Assembly (NCBI RefSeq): GCF_006345805.1
Contig: NC_043008.1
Location: 74,028,001 to 74,092,000 of the forward strand
Direction of reading: 5' to 3'
DNA from: Octopus sinensis
Lineage: Eukaryota
DNA: 64,000 nucleotides
This document shows, one piece after another, positions 24,089-38,130 of this stretch. The first letter of the stretch is position 1. Every line of letters begins with the position of its first letter. A program made the position numbers and the translations under genes. A model generated the notes under the pieces. The model worked only from the letters and a program-made list of their open reading frames with translations. It made no database searches and was not told where the DNA came from.

Positions 24089-25425
24089 TATGTATATACA
24101 CATATCTATGTATATCTACATCTATGTCAGTGATCGTGTGAGAGACAGCACGTAAGTTTAGAGTTAAGTAGAGAGATACGTGCGTGTGTATGTGTATATA
24201 TATATATATAGATACGTATATATATATATATATACACATATGCTAGTAAGCATGTGTATATTCATACCCGCTTCACTATATATATGTGCAAGTCGAAGTG
24301 CTGGGTTTACTCAACTATGTGTATTTATGTCGATATGCATTTATATACCCGAAAATGGAAGTAGAAATATGCATATAAGTAGGTAGGTGTATATGTTGAT
24401 CGGAGTATGTATATATGAACGCACATGTATGTATATGTATAGTTGCCTATAAATGGACTGTATATATGCGTAGGTACGGGAATGTATGTGCATGTGTGTA
24501 TATGTGGGTGCATGTATGAGCATATAAAGGCATATATACACGGGTTTGTGAGTGAGAGTATATCTGTGAGTATCTGTGTGGGTATGTGTGTATGTATCCG
24601 GCAACTGAATACTAACGGACAGCTTTAGAAATTAACATGTACAGCCAACCATGAAGAATAAATAAGAGATACAGCCAAATAGAAGAACATTTAAATACCA
24701 GCCAGTACCATCCACTGCCATACATAGCCGTCCGACAAACGCGGCCTTGCACCATGTGTGTGCAAGCCGCTAATAAATTCAAACCACGATAAACAGAGAT
24801 GGCCTTAAAGTAGAAGACTTTAAACTAACGGACACAAAACTCGTATGTCGCATGCGGTAACACGAGATCTCATTATGCAAACAAACAGCTGCATAATCAA
24901 GTACCTGTATTCTTGGAGAACTATGTTGCGTCGAAACATTTGTAGCGAATAATAAATAAAAGTCCAATATTTTATCCTTCTTCTTCACTCCAAATTTTTC
25001 AATTATCTCAATCCAGCCCCTGGTGGCCTAGAAGTGGCAAAGGCATTGTTCTGCTTACCAAAGGCATCTGGGAAATGTATAACTGCTGACATTCACAGCA
25101 AAATTATTGTGAGAAAAGCGCTGTTGAAATGTTAAGTGAAATTTAGCAATCGCGGATCGAATCCACGCTATGCCTGCATGAAGCCTCTACCAATACGTTT
25201 TGGAATAAAAAAAATTTCTACTGTCATGGAAAAAGTGTAACTGTAAAAATGCAGATTTATCGGAGTAATGGGCATTAAAAAAGTAAATATGTATAGAAAT
25301 GTATGAATGAAGTCTTTAAAGTTTAAGATTCAAATTAAGGAAGTGCAGTTCAAAACTGAGAGTAGTGAAATGCAGAATTAGGTAGGTTGATCATGACAAT
25401 CAAATATTGATCGCTACGTTAAAAC

Positions 25426-25847
25426 CTGCAGGTGGTATGGATTATTTCCTTTGGGTTATTTAAATAAAATATTAGTAATATGTAGTATAGAGAATGATCC
25501 ATTGGAGGGCCGTATTATCGATTATTTCAACAATCTAAGTATGTCACGAGTTTTCCAGACATGAGTTCTACTCAAATAAAGTATAAAAGTGATATCATTT
25601 GCAAAACTTAGTAATTGGACACACACAAAAATCAATATTCAAAGTAATCGAACATAAATAATGAAATAGGTTATTTCCCTTGAGTGTTTAAAATCAATAT
25701 TCTGCAGGTGGTATGGGTTATTTCTTTTGGGCGTTAAAAAAAAATAGTTATATGAGGTAGATATTATGGTCCCTTCAAGGGGCCGTATTATCGATTTCTT
25801 TCAACAATCAAAGTATGTCACGAGGTTTCCAGACATGAGTTTTACTC
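25426..25847. repeat. Diverged direct repeat of about 148 bp (25426-25573 and 25702-25847)
   Basis: ctgcaggtggtatgg...gggccgtattatcgatt...gtatgtcacgag.tttccagacatgagtt.tactc occurs twice. Confidence 0.85.
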
Positions 25848-27441
25848 GCGTGTCACGTTTCAACAAAATCAGTAAGGCGATGTTGGAAGAGTTAGCTAAC
25901 AATGTCACAAAGACACACCGATTTTCCACATATGCAGTAGATATACACTTACCCATATATACCTACATATCTACATGCATAAATAGATGTTTTATAAAGG
26001 CATCTATCGGTAATTCTCTACATTATTTGCTAAAATAAATGATACTGAGATAATAAGATTAAATTTCTTCGTGGATACTTAGAGAACACCTAAATGAAAA
26101 TTCTTGTAAGGTATAGGCTAAAAATAACAAGAAAATCTTGAAATTGTTTAGTTTTTGGTGTGTCCCATAAGCCAATCAGCTGTAGATGCACAAGATAATG
26201 TCTTTATCTCGATGAAAACAATATAAGACAGACAATCTTTGTAGAACACATATCTTTTTACAATATACACAAGGGAGGAATTGTAACAGCTGGAATAAGT
26301 TGCCAAATATTGGTCAATTACTCACTATTTCTGAGCTACACCATCTAATTGTTTATATTATATATATATATATTGATAAGTAACAAGACTTAGAACTATT
26401 GCTATGATAGAAACAAATCTCTGCTTTGTCCAGCAAGCAAGATATTATGCCGACTCGTCAAGTTGTAGTATTATCATCAGTATATTAAATACATTAATAA
26501 CCTGTATATTAACGTACATAAAATATGTATTAATAATTCATAAAGCTGAAATAATCTTAGTGTATTACGAGTTGTTAACTGACCTCTAGATATAAATCAA
26601 GTTAACAACCAAACAATATTACAACTCATCTCGTTTGGCGTATTTAAACATTGCTTTCACATTGCTGTCTTTATATTTCATTTTTGCCGCGAGTTAAACA
26701 GAAACGATATAGCATATGACAAGCTCTATTCACCAACAAGTTTAATCTCAGTGAAATGTATTCATAAATCAGATTCAATCTTTAGACATTTTATTCCATT
26801 GTCATTACTAGGCTCGTCAGAAGGCATGAAGCACAATTCCACATATAACATGCACAGAGACGCAGATGCACACATATTCATTATCATTTCCTTAACCTAC
26901 TGAGGTCTGGACATGAGATGTACTTCTGTTAATATTTTGATTTTCATAGAAAAATATGTGTGAAGTATATTTAAATGTTATAACTAGTATTGCGCGATCG
27001 ATTTGTTGAATTTACTTGCTTCACAATCACATTATTACGGACTCCCCTCCACGCGGTCATATGGCTTCTATCATATTCTTGGAGCCTTCCAAACCCTGCA
27101 CGTAGAATTTGGTATCAGAAACTGAGAAAATTCTTAATTCTAGTGAAGTTTCCTGTGCTGCAAAATTTTTATGAATGCCTCCGATCATAGAGTAAACTCT
27201 ACATATTCCATTTTTATTCTTTCTTTATTTATTTATGTATTTATTTATTTATTTCTGTCTTTCTCATCAGTTTCAGGCCCTTTGGCCAATACATGGTCGC
27301 TACTATGTATAGAGATTTGATACTGGCAGCTGTAAAAAAAGATTCATTTAAATTTGTTTCGTGATAATTGTTTCCTGAAAATTGTCTACTGAAAATTCAT
27401 TTGGGATAACTACAACAACAGAAGTGTGTGTCTATATATGC

Positions 27442-27510
<69 letters not shown>

Positions 27511-27552
27511 TGTATGTATGTGTGTATGTATGTATATGTGTATGTATGCATG

Positions 27553-27596
<44 letters not shown>

Positions 27597-29931
27597 TACA
27601 TACATATACATATATACATATGTGTGTGTGTGTGTGTTATTTATGTGCGTGTGAATGAATGAGTTTTACAGACAACGTTTTCGATTTAACGTTCTAGAGC
27701 AATTTTTTTCAAATAAGTATGTGTCTACGTTATTTTGAAAAGAGCAAAAAAATTAAATGTAACTTATATTTGAATGTCTCCCCGTAATTCCACATATCTA
27801 CTGCAATGACCGATACCATATATGAGTATATTTATAATTAACTTGAGAAACAAAATCTAGAAGTGATATGCTGTCCGATTGCTTTTTATAAAAACAACAA
27901 TTTAATCAGATTTGTTGCCTCATAAGAAAATGATTCATATCGCTTTCCTTAGATTATTGATATAAAATCGTAGTCATGAACTGAACAATTTATTATATCA
28001 GTTTCATTTGAATAAAACTTCTCTTGTAACTATTTTTGGTATTATTCAAATATTTATCAGTTCTGTCGTGTTCTCTAAATTGCAAAACATAACATCGACC
28101 TGTTTGACAGCAGGGGTCATCACAACATTAATTAAGGGTTAAGAAAATTCAATGAATGCCATGGATATAAAACAGTGGATTGCTATCAGACTCTCACACT
28201 ATAAATAGGATTATATGTTAATGTTTTGTCATTGATTTTTTTTCCTATTTTCATTTTGAATTAAATCATAGAGTTAAGAAAAATATTTTTGGAAGTCTAG
28301 AATCATATTGATTTCTAAAATTGGCAAAACTCCACGAATTTGTAGAAAACACGATCTCGATTCTTTGAAACTGACCACTGTACTTCTTTGGTGTTTCTTT
28401 TGTCGATACTCAAGAGATATTATGGACATCGATCTCTGTCGAAACGAAATGTAACGAAACAAGAGCACAATTAGATGGAATTTAAACGGGAAGTAAAGAA
28501 GCTAAGACCGTAAGTACCAAAACCAAATGTAACGAAATGAGAGGCACAAACGGACAGAACTAGAAACGCAAATAGTGATGGGATTAAAACCGTTAAGAAA
28601 CGAACTTAAGACCGTACTCTGACGGAATTAAATATGTACAGAGAGAGATATAATATATATATACGAGCAGAAGTAAAAACATGTGTACTGTAATGAAATT
28701 AAAATCGTATAGTGGTGGAACTACATATGTATAGTGATGGAATTACATACTTAGATTGACGGAAGCAAAAATAGATGGAAAACAAGTTCTATTAACAGAC
28801 ATTAAAGCAGATCTGCAGCTACCATTTCTTTCCGCTCAACACATATGGCATCTATAATGAGGTTATATCTTACTATCTACTTGACTGTTGTGAGGGATAG
28901 TGACGCCAATCTTAAGAAGAGCCAAGTAAAGCAAAGGAGATCAGGTGTTTCTCTGGTGGAAACTCGCAAATACTTACATGTCTCTGTCACACAAGCTGGT
29001 GGAAGAGGTTATTTAACATAGAGGAGGCGAATACCACTTGCTAAATTCTCTGGCGGGCTGCCTTCCAAATCGTCAGATTTATGCTCCAGAATGTCTACGA
29101 CACGTTACTGCGTAGGGCAGCGATCAAAGCACTCACTTATCCTTTGTGTACTGCAACAGGGTCCTTCAGCTTCTCAACAGCTTTTGCCGATGGTTGCTAC
29201 TACTGGCGACATGATTAGATAGTTAATGTGGTTGACGAGATGATAAAAAAATAACCATTACTAATTCCGGTAAAAAAGAAAAAATGAAAAACTCAGAAGA
29301 AAGCCATCATTTTTATCTAGGGCTGGAGAGAAGTCCAGTTCACTTATATGTGAACGACTGTGAATAGTTGAATAGTTAAAGGTCCAAAGTCAAGAGCATT
29401 TCGTGTCAATGTCACTCCGCCTAATCTCAAATCCCAACAATCTCTCCTCTGTGAAGTGACTACCTTCTGTGAAGAATAAATGGAGGGAGTTCCAGAAAGA
29501 ATGCTTGCCAGATTCCTGGTAAATTTAGATCAGAGCAGGAAATAGGACTAGCAGACATGTTGCGAGGTAATCAAAGGAATTTGACAGGATTTTCTGAAGT
29601 ATTCACTCTACAAGGATTTTACTGATGTTGAGGTTATTAATGTTGCAAAGAGAATACCCATAAAGTCCATTGCTGAATCTGAGAAGAGATCACCTAAATG
29701 GCTTTGGATAAAGATGGCAGACAGGTTACAGACCCAGAAACCATGGTCTACTGGTCTTGCCAAGCTGGAGGGGAGTGATTTACTCCCTTACTCACAATAT
29801 ATCGGACACAGTTTGCATGTCATTAGCCAACTGGAAAAGACGCTTTCTTGCGGTTAAAATGTAGTAACATAGCTCTTTATAGAACAACCATATTATAGTG
29901 GCAAAATAACGTTACCGTCTCTCTCTCTCTG

Positions 29932-30016
<85 letters not shown>

Positions 30017-31789
30017 GATAGATAGATAGATAGACAGATAGATATACATATATATATATATATTGTTGTCCGCATCGATTTTCGCCTCGGTGATACATAA
30101 TCTAAACTATTGAGCATAGATACAAAGAAAACATCAATTTGTGCTTTATCGAAAGTCAGTCGTAAAATGGATCACAGCTGAATCAGAAACCAGAACACTG
30201 AGTTACGAGACATCACACAAGATATTTAATCAGACATTCAGATTCCCCATACAATTCTCTATTTTTTCTCCCAAGTTTTTTCTTTTGACGATGAATAGGC
30301 TGTTGTCTTTTATTTCTATGTCATCCCGTATCCTGCTGAACTCTCGTCAAACAGGCAGCCATAGCCACTCCATCGTTTTCTTTATTAAATCTGTATACCC
30401 TTATTTAAGAAAGTAGATTGTGAGTTGGGAGTTGTTTTTATCCTGAGAAAAAGGAGACAAAGTATACTTATAATGAGTAAATTCCAGCTCTTTTGGTATA
30501 TTATCTGTATGGGCGATGAGCAATTTGGTTAGATAATTATGAAAATGTTTAATTGCTTTCATTGCACACCAGCTAAGAGATATCCTATCAGTATATATCA
30601 ACAACAAACAAATACTTCACTGCAGATGTCTCCTTATACCAAAACATATTTACAATAGTCTTCCTTACGTGTTAAGATTGCAGTAAATTAATAGCAGTCA
30701 TTAAGATAATATTTTGTCATTTTCGTAGCATGAATATTGAGATACTTCTGTTTTCAGTTCATTACTTATGGTGTCCAAACTTTACTATACATTTGTTATC
30801 GATCCTGTAAGTGTGACGTTACTCCAGGATATTAACGGTGTACTGGTTGTTGTTATAAGTCAATTGCACACAATTAATACAAACTATTACACCGTATACA
30901 ATTTAATTTGCAACCAAATACAGTCGAGTTCTACTTTAGATGATTAGGTTAATCCGTTTGCAAAGGAGTCTAGAGCATGATTACGACTCAATATAACTTA
31001 TAACTAATTCTAACCAATATTAACAGCAGGAAACAATCTCGCTACAAAAAATATGTATCTACTGGGCCTCGGGTTCAGATGCGAGAGTAAGTAATCAAGT
31101 AATTTTCATTTATTTATGTTGTCTATTATGACATGGACAACTTCAAAACTGGAGTGCAAATACCATACAAAACTCTAGTTTCACAGTGTGAAGTTAGGTA
31201 TGTAGCTCCTGGATAGAAAAACGATTTATCGCATTCAAAGCTATTCTTCCGGTACCTAACAAATGGATAAATGGAATGATATAATACACTATTGGGATAT
31301 GTATTACATAAGAAAAATTGGTACTGAATTCAATGTTCTCGCTGAAACACAACTGCAACAGATTTAAAATATATGAACCCACAAAGTAGTTAGTTTCAGT
31401 TCCCAACCACAAAATCTCTTTTTTCTACAGTAAAAGCACCAAGTTAGATTCGGGGATAGCGTACCTGTGTACCGAAAATGTATACACACATTTACGTAAT
31501 TACTAGAGTAAATACGGGTTTACCCTTCCAGTTATGCACATATCCACAAGTTACTGACTGAATCACGGTAACATCAAAGTCATACCGTAGTACACTCACT
31601 GCACATATTCCACTTTGATTTCAGTCTCCAGATCCAGACGACAGGAAGGTTCCGAGTCAAGTAAACAATAACACAGTTTGGGGTGGGGGGTATACACACA
31701 CACACACTCATTTATACATATTTATGTGACAACGTGCGCAGAAAAAACATCAATATAGTGTTTCATATATATATCTATATATATTAAAT

Positions 31790-31925
31790 CAAACCCAGTA
31801 TTTAACTGGTACGTATTTTATTGACCCCGAAAGGGATGAAAGGTAAACAGCTTCACCGGAATTTGAAATCAGAACATAAAGACGGAAGAAATATCGCTAA
31901 GCATTTCACATGCCCACCTCTCAAG
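31790..31925 (+). mobile_element. SINE fragment (family 3)
   Basis: gaccccgaaagggatgaaagg...ggaatttgaaatcagaac; related fragments at about 34440-34610 and, inverted, at about 48860-48970. Confidence 0.6.
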
Positions 31926-32204
31926 TATAAACGTGCAGGGTAGGATGGCGGAATGTGCATGTTTATTTGTATGTAAAAAACTGTGAATGCATCATTTCTC
32001 AGTCTGTACGTGTGTATCATTAGCTTGTTTTCGTCATCATCCATTCTATACCCTCACTTATTTCGAGCAGCTTATTGGTGTTGATGCCACCTAATTGAAC
32101 AGTCTTATCTTTAAAGGCAAGAAATTGTTATACTTTTTGGACGGTATATCATATTGTTTGTATGAATGTCCTGTGTATTCATATGCTATCCTTTTATGCG
32201 ATAT

Positions 32205-32248
<44 letters not shown>

Positions 32249-32278
32249 GTGTGTATTTTTCCCTTGTTAACAACTCAT

Positions 32279-32854
32279 ATGGTTAAGATTGGTTTTTCCC
32301 AAACTAAAAATCTCTTACAAATTATCTCTTCACATAATAACAACCTGTTAAATATTAATACATCTACTAATACTAACATTAATTTAGCTAATACCATCCG
32401 TCCCTCCAGAAATATTAATAACAAGGTTATTGTATTTGAAGTCAATTCCAACAGAATCAAGTTTATGTCAAGTAACTCTAAAATTAAAAATTCTATATAC
32501 CAGTGTAAAATTACTACTCATGATCAAGTAATTTTTTATATTGGAAACAAGTCTTTACAGTTATCTAAAAGGATTTCTAATCACTACACGACATTTAGGG
32601 ATAGGAATAAACGTAACAGTACAGGGCTCAGTAAATTAATTTGGGATCGAAAAGGCCACAATAAACAGTTTAACGTAGATGGATTGTTTCTCTCAATCTC
32701 GATACCTTATGGCAAAGGCAAGGAATTCTATCTTCTCTGTAATTCTGAAATATTTTTCATTATTTTTTCTAAAAATCCCATAGTAAACACGGTTATAGAG
32801 TGTGCGTACCGTTGTAAACATTGGCAAAAACACACCTTTAGTTCATATAAGTGA
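32279..32854 (+). CDS. Open GIY-YIG endonuclease frame (191 codons from ATG 32279), PLE-derived
   Basis: Uninterrupted frame; GIY/YIG tyrosines, Arg, His, Glu and Asn positions are plausibly retained. Expression unknown. Confidence 0.45.
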   Translation: MVKIGFSQTKNLLQIISSHNNNLLNINTSTNTNINLANTIRPSRNINNKVIVFEVNSNRIKFMSSNSKIKNSIYQCKITTHDQVIFYIGNKSLQLSKRISNHYTTFRDRNKRNSTGLSKLIWDRKGHNKQFNVDGLFLSISIPYGKGKEFYLLCNSEIFFIIFSKNPIVNTVIECAYRCKHWQKHTFSSYK

Positions 32855-33134
32855 TCTCTATCATTATATATATATAATTTAAACATTAATTTTCTTTTTA
32901 TATTTCACATTCACTAAATATATATTTTCCTAGTATATAAGGTTTTATTTAATATACATATAGTCATATACTTCTCATTTATTTAGTTTTTCTTTAATTT
33001 ACCCCTTCTCTTTCTATTGGCTATTTCTGACGTTATATCATATAACGTTTTTTCAAACAATATTATTAGCGTTCAGTTAATCACTATGCATATTTATCCT
33101 TTTCTGTTAAAATGTCTTATTGACGAGTTTCATT

Positions 33135-33227
33135 CTTCCACTTCTCTGAAGACAAGGTTACATTGTTTTACACCATTTTATTCCTTTGGAATAATATCAG
33201 TGATATCTTCGAAACATGTGGTGGAAG
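33135..33227 (+). ncRNA. Degenerate hammerhead motif
   Basis: CTTCCAC-ttct-CTGAAGA...GAAA-CATG-TG-GTGGAAG. Palindrome ACATGT is present, but the triplet is GUG, stem I is offset and the base of stem II is unpaired. Confidence 0.45.
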
Positions 33228-33263
33228 TAAAAGAATTTGAATTACGCCTGCGTTAAATTCCAT

Positions 33264-33307
<44 letters not shown>

Positions 33308-33494
33308 ATAGATAGATAGATAGATGAATGGACGGATGGAGGAATGGATGGATGGATGGATGGAAGGATGGATGGATGGATGGATGGATAGATAGATAGA
33401 TCGATAGATAGATAGATATATAGATATATAGATAGATAGATAGATAGATAGATATATAGATAGATTGATAGATATATATTTATATATATATATA

Positions 33495-33699
33495 CGAGGG
33501 ATACTGAAAGATTCCTAGAATTGAGTAAAAGAATATACAGGCAAATCGGATAAACATTGATTTTATTCAACATATTCCCCTCTCAGATTCACACACCTAT
33601 TGCAGCGGTTCTTCAGTTTTTCTAAGCTCCTGTAAAATAACTCGAAATGTTAGGCTTCCAACCCGGCCTTAACTCCACGAACTTTGCTGCACTCCCTCG
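33495..33699. mobile_element. mariner-derived MITE (about 205 bp)
   Basis: TA-CGAGGG...CCCTCG-TA termini with imperfect TIRs and TA TSD. Confidence 0.8.
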
Positions 33700-34221
33700 T
33701 ATATACATATATATGTGTGTGTGTATGCATATATCTACGTATAAACGAGACGAGAACGTGACGGACAACAATAAAAACATACGGACAGATGGACGGTACA
33801 AAGACGGACAGGAAAAGCAGGACGGAACATTTGTGGCTTTCTGTTCACCAGTCAAGTTTCCAATCATCATTACAATTTCCGCCTGTTACACTTGAGACTG
33901 TTCAAAATTGGTAGGCCCCAAAAATTTAAGCTAAGGGCATAATATTTGTGACAGAAATCAAGCGAATACGTGTGGCAACATGGACAAAAAGAAAACGAGA
34001 ATATTACACGATTACTAATACAAACAAAAAGAATAACAACAGGTGTCTTTCGACTAAAAGGACAATTTGGGTTAAGCTGGCGTGTGAAGTGGAAGCCTTG
34101 CGACAACAAACATAGATGAAAGTCAGAAGACAAGAAAATAAGGTGCTATGCGAGCAGCCGTCAGGTCAAGAAAGAAAGATCATGCTTGAACGAGCAGCGA
34201 TCACGTGAGAGGAACAGATAC

Positions 34222-34267
<46 letters not shown>

Positions 34268-34971
34268 TGTGTGTTGTGTGTGTGTGTGTGTGTGTGTAAT
34301 GTTTACGCTCGTACTACAAGAGCGCACATTTCTTTGCGGGTCTATGTGAGTGCCTGGTTCAGCCATACATACAACTTCAATGATATATCTAAAGTTAGTT
34401 CGAAATTTTGGCACAAGATCATTAGTTATGGGAGAAGGGCTTAGCTGATTCCATCGAGCCCAGTGTTCAATAGGTACTTACTCTATCGACCCTAAATTGA
34501 CAAGAGTCAAAGTCGGCCTCGGCAGAATTTAAACTCAGAACTATAGGCGGACGAAACGCCGCATGGCAATTCGCTCGGCATTCTATCAATTGTGCCAATT
34601 CGCTGCCTTAATAATATATCAAATGCCAACAATATCTTAAAATGATCTTCCATAAGACCAAATCGTATAAATTATTCAGCATGTACAATTTAAAATAATC
34701 CATATTTGCGTATAGTATATGGGTAATATCATAACCATAATAAACACTCCAAACCACAGAATAAGCCCCGTGAACTGTAAACAACTAGCACCGTAACATA
34801 ACCTGTGAACAGAAATCTAATTGTACGGCGGGTTCACCATCACCTATATCCATGTGATGATATTCTACATAATTCATCATTATCCTACCTTATTATAGGG
34901 AGTAACTACCTTCCTATCGCTGCTCATTCAGAATCAGTTTTGAATAAAACTACACTCTCACTTAGTTGCAT

Positions 34972-35013
<42 letters not shown>

Positions 35014-36224
35014 GCGCGCGCGCACGCGCACGCACACACACACATATATGTATACGCACGTATATGCACAAACATGTATTTTTATATATGCATGTGTATA
35101 TATATATATTTGTGTATGTATATGTGTGTGTGTTTAACCGCCCATACATGTGTGTTTGTGTACATGTGTGTTTACGACATGAAATTTATACTCGGGGCGG
35201 CTTGGCTAAATAAACTGAATAGTTACCAAAAATCAAATGTATTTTTAACTATACCTTCGTCCATGCTGCGAACCATTCACTTGTTTATAGTTAATTTCCC
35301 AGGACAATGTATATAGCAAGTGTGTTGTCGGACTGCAAGTCATTCAATTCGTAGTCTGTCACCCTTTAGATTTAACCCGCTTAGACTTTGAGATATTCTT
35401 TATCAATGTTACATTGTATCCACTCTGTTGGCTTTTGTCAATTTTAATGGCCTTAATTATACGAATAATTATTACCCACGTGAGATCACTTTCAAAACTT
35501 GATCCACCAACATTTAGAGAAACAGAACAATACATTTCATATGAAAAAATATTTTTTCTAAATAATGATTTTTAATAACAGTAGAAATTTCGTTGCTTTC
35601 CATTTGATGACAGACATTTTGGCGATTAAATGATACTCATAGGAATTTTAACTTTTTTGTCAATTTTTTAAATCATCGAAAAATATTTTTATTACGTCTT
35701 TCACAATGTAACAAGGAAGGCTATTATATAGGTTCTGTAAAGATTTTATATTGGTGTTTACGGTACACAATTACACCCTGGATGATTTGCTGAATCATTT
35801 TTTCTTAGAATTTAAACAATTTTAAAACCAAAATTCTTCATGACAAAACTGAATTGTTATTTTGCCATGAAAGTCAATTATTTTCTCAAGACACACAGGT
35901 TTAATATTATAGCATCGTGATCATTACGAAGTTCTGATGTTCATGCATTTTCAGCTAGGAAACGAAAGTTCAACTTAGTTGGAGCGTGCCAATTTACACC
36001 ATTAAATTAAATGGTGAATGGTAATAATAAGTACATATCCATAAAGATTTGTAGACGAATGCTTTTCTTATATAAATGAGTATGTAATAAAAATTTCTGT
36101 GTGTCACATGTTTTCAAGGAAGAAGTGTATTCAATACAATTGACCTTAGTATATGGCATGAAGGCATTTAAGCAATCATCATAGTATTACAGTATATAGT
36201 ATCGACGAGACCATCATATGTTGT

Positions 36225-36800
36225 CATACACCGCTGATCATGAGACACTTCCAGCTCCGTCTTGATTGCGCCATTCTTTTCCATATTTATCCAAATGCTA
36301 ACTAAATCGCTATCCCATTGTCGTGGAGGCCTTCCAAGTGACTTTTTCCGATCTCTTGCACGGGTTCACCTGTTGCCTGTGAACCTTGAGACATGTCCAG
36401 CCCTATGCAATTTTTGAATTGGGTACTCTGCGATCATATTGTTCACTCTACTCTGTTCTCGATTTATTTCATTTTGAATATGTTCTCGTAATGATATTCC
36501 TAGCATGGCTCTATCTATAGCCCTTTATATCGTAGCCAATCGATGCTCTATCCTCTACGAAGAAGGTCACGCCTCACTTGCGTATAGCAGCGCAAGTAGA
36601 ACGGTGCTATTGAAGAATTTGACACGTATGGTACTGGCTAGCATTGTTTTGAGCACATCCTTCGTTGAGTTAAATAATTTCCATCTTGCCTATATTCTCT
36701 TTGAGATTTCAGTATCCATATCTGTATGCCCTAAGTAGATACACTCCTTTACCTTATCGATTTCATCCCTTGTACACGGATGAAAATCAAAGTCGTTCCT
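36225..36800 (-). mobile_element. RTE-clade LINE 3' fragment
   Basis: DKVKECIYLGH, FNSTVLLALLYASEA, RAMLGISLREHIQNE, AGHVSR, GRPPRQW (RTE-type motifs). Confidence 0.8.
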
Positions 36801-37755
36801 TGTGTTATTTGAACTGGCTTCGTAACTGGAGGCAACTAAATAGTATCAGGTATTAATTATTTCACCAAGTCTGAAGTAACCTCAAATATGCTAGTATTCA
36901 CGCTCTTTTGAGTAGGTGTTGGGTTCCAGTCTCAAATGATAATTACTGTCTCATTGAGAAGGGGAGAAATATAATGCAGACAGTTTATTTTCAATTTGCC
37001 TACGTGATGAGCATCACAGAATATATATTTTAACATGACTCAAATTCTCCAGTCACTCCAATTGTTCTTACGCTAACCGACTGAGATCATATTTAATGAA
37101 AGATGGAAGCAATAAGCGCACTAGCAGTGCCACTGACTGAGAATTTTATCAGATAAAAACTGAAAGTTGTAGAGAGCATTAAATTCATTTAATAAAAGTC
37201 AGATTACATAACTAAAAAATTGACACATATTGCATTAATATCGCTAAACAGAGGAAACAGATGTTGTGCACTTAGGTTTTCTACAACATTTATTTGCAAT
37301 GGACACTACTATCATAAAGAAAGCAAGATATTTCACTGCAAATAATTGGAAAACCGAACAAAACCAAATGTTTCATGAAAATTTTGTTGAGCATCACACT
37401 CTACCCGTTGTTGTCATTGCTGTATTAACTCCATCTTCTGCGTTCGCATTATTGGTAGTAGAGGTTTGGACTTAAATCACTATTAATGTGTTAAGATGAA
37501 CGCTCCCGTCTCTTCTTACTTCTAGCCAGTATCCTATTGAAATATTAGGAGTATTTTTTTATGTTTGGTGCTAAATTTCACGAAAGATAATTAACAAATT
37601 CCGATGGCGAGTGAAAACATAACAACTGACCAGGTCAGTTAATCAAGTAAATTTCTCATACAAAAAGTTTTTTACTCTGTAAAATTCTCTTCTAAAGCTC
37701 AGTTAATCAAACAAAACCTAATGAGCGCTGTGATCTGGCAGGTATAAAAGCAAAA

Positions 37756-37821
37756 CGACAACAACAACAAAAGAAGGAATTATGATGATGATGATGATGT
37801 TGATGTTGATGTAGTAGTAGT

Positions 37822-37856
<35 letters not shown>

Positions 37857-37882
37857 TAGTAGTAGTAGTAGTAGTAGTAGTT

Positions 37883-37916
<34 letters not shown>

Positions 37917-38130
37917 CAGTAGTAGTAGTAGTAGTAGTGATGGTATCAGCATCAGCAGCAGTAGCAGCGACTGCTGCAGGGCGACAGCAGTGGTATGAGC
38001 AACAGCAGCAGCAGCAGCAGAAGAAGAAGAAGAAGAAGAAGAAGAAGAAGAAGAAGAAGAAGAAGAAGAAGAAGAAGAAGAAGAAGAAGAAGAAGAAGAA
38101 GAAGAAGAAGAAGAAGAAGAAGAAGAAGAA
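37756..38130. repeat. Compound trinucleotide microsatellite (CAA/ATG/TAG/CAG) ending in a pure (GAA)n of about 110 bp
   Basis: Direct reading. Confidence 0.95.

Larger units (their letters stand above)
32248..33262 (+). mobile_element. 5'-truncated Penelope-like element: GIY-YIG endonuclease plus pseudo-LTR, between (TA)n tracts
   Basis: IISSHN, SIYQCKI...FYIG, KRISNH, TGLSKLIW, LCNSE, CAYRCKH..K match the PLE GIY-YIG C-terminal pattern. Degenerate hammerhead at 33135-33227. Confidence 0.82.

Noticed and set aside
26988-27115. Possible exon (YCAIDLLNLLASQSHYYGLPSTRSYGFYHILGAFQTLHVEF)
   Set aside because: Weak acceptor and donor, and no recognisable domain.
28900-29830. GC-richer coding-like stretch, possibly a LINE relic
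   Set aside because: All frames are interrupted and no diagnostic motif could be identified.
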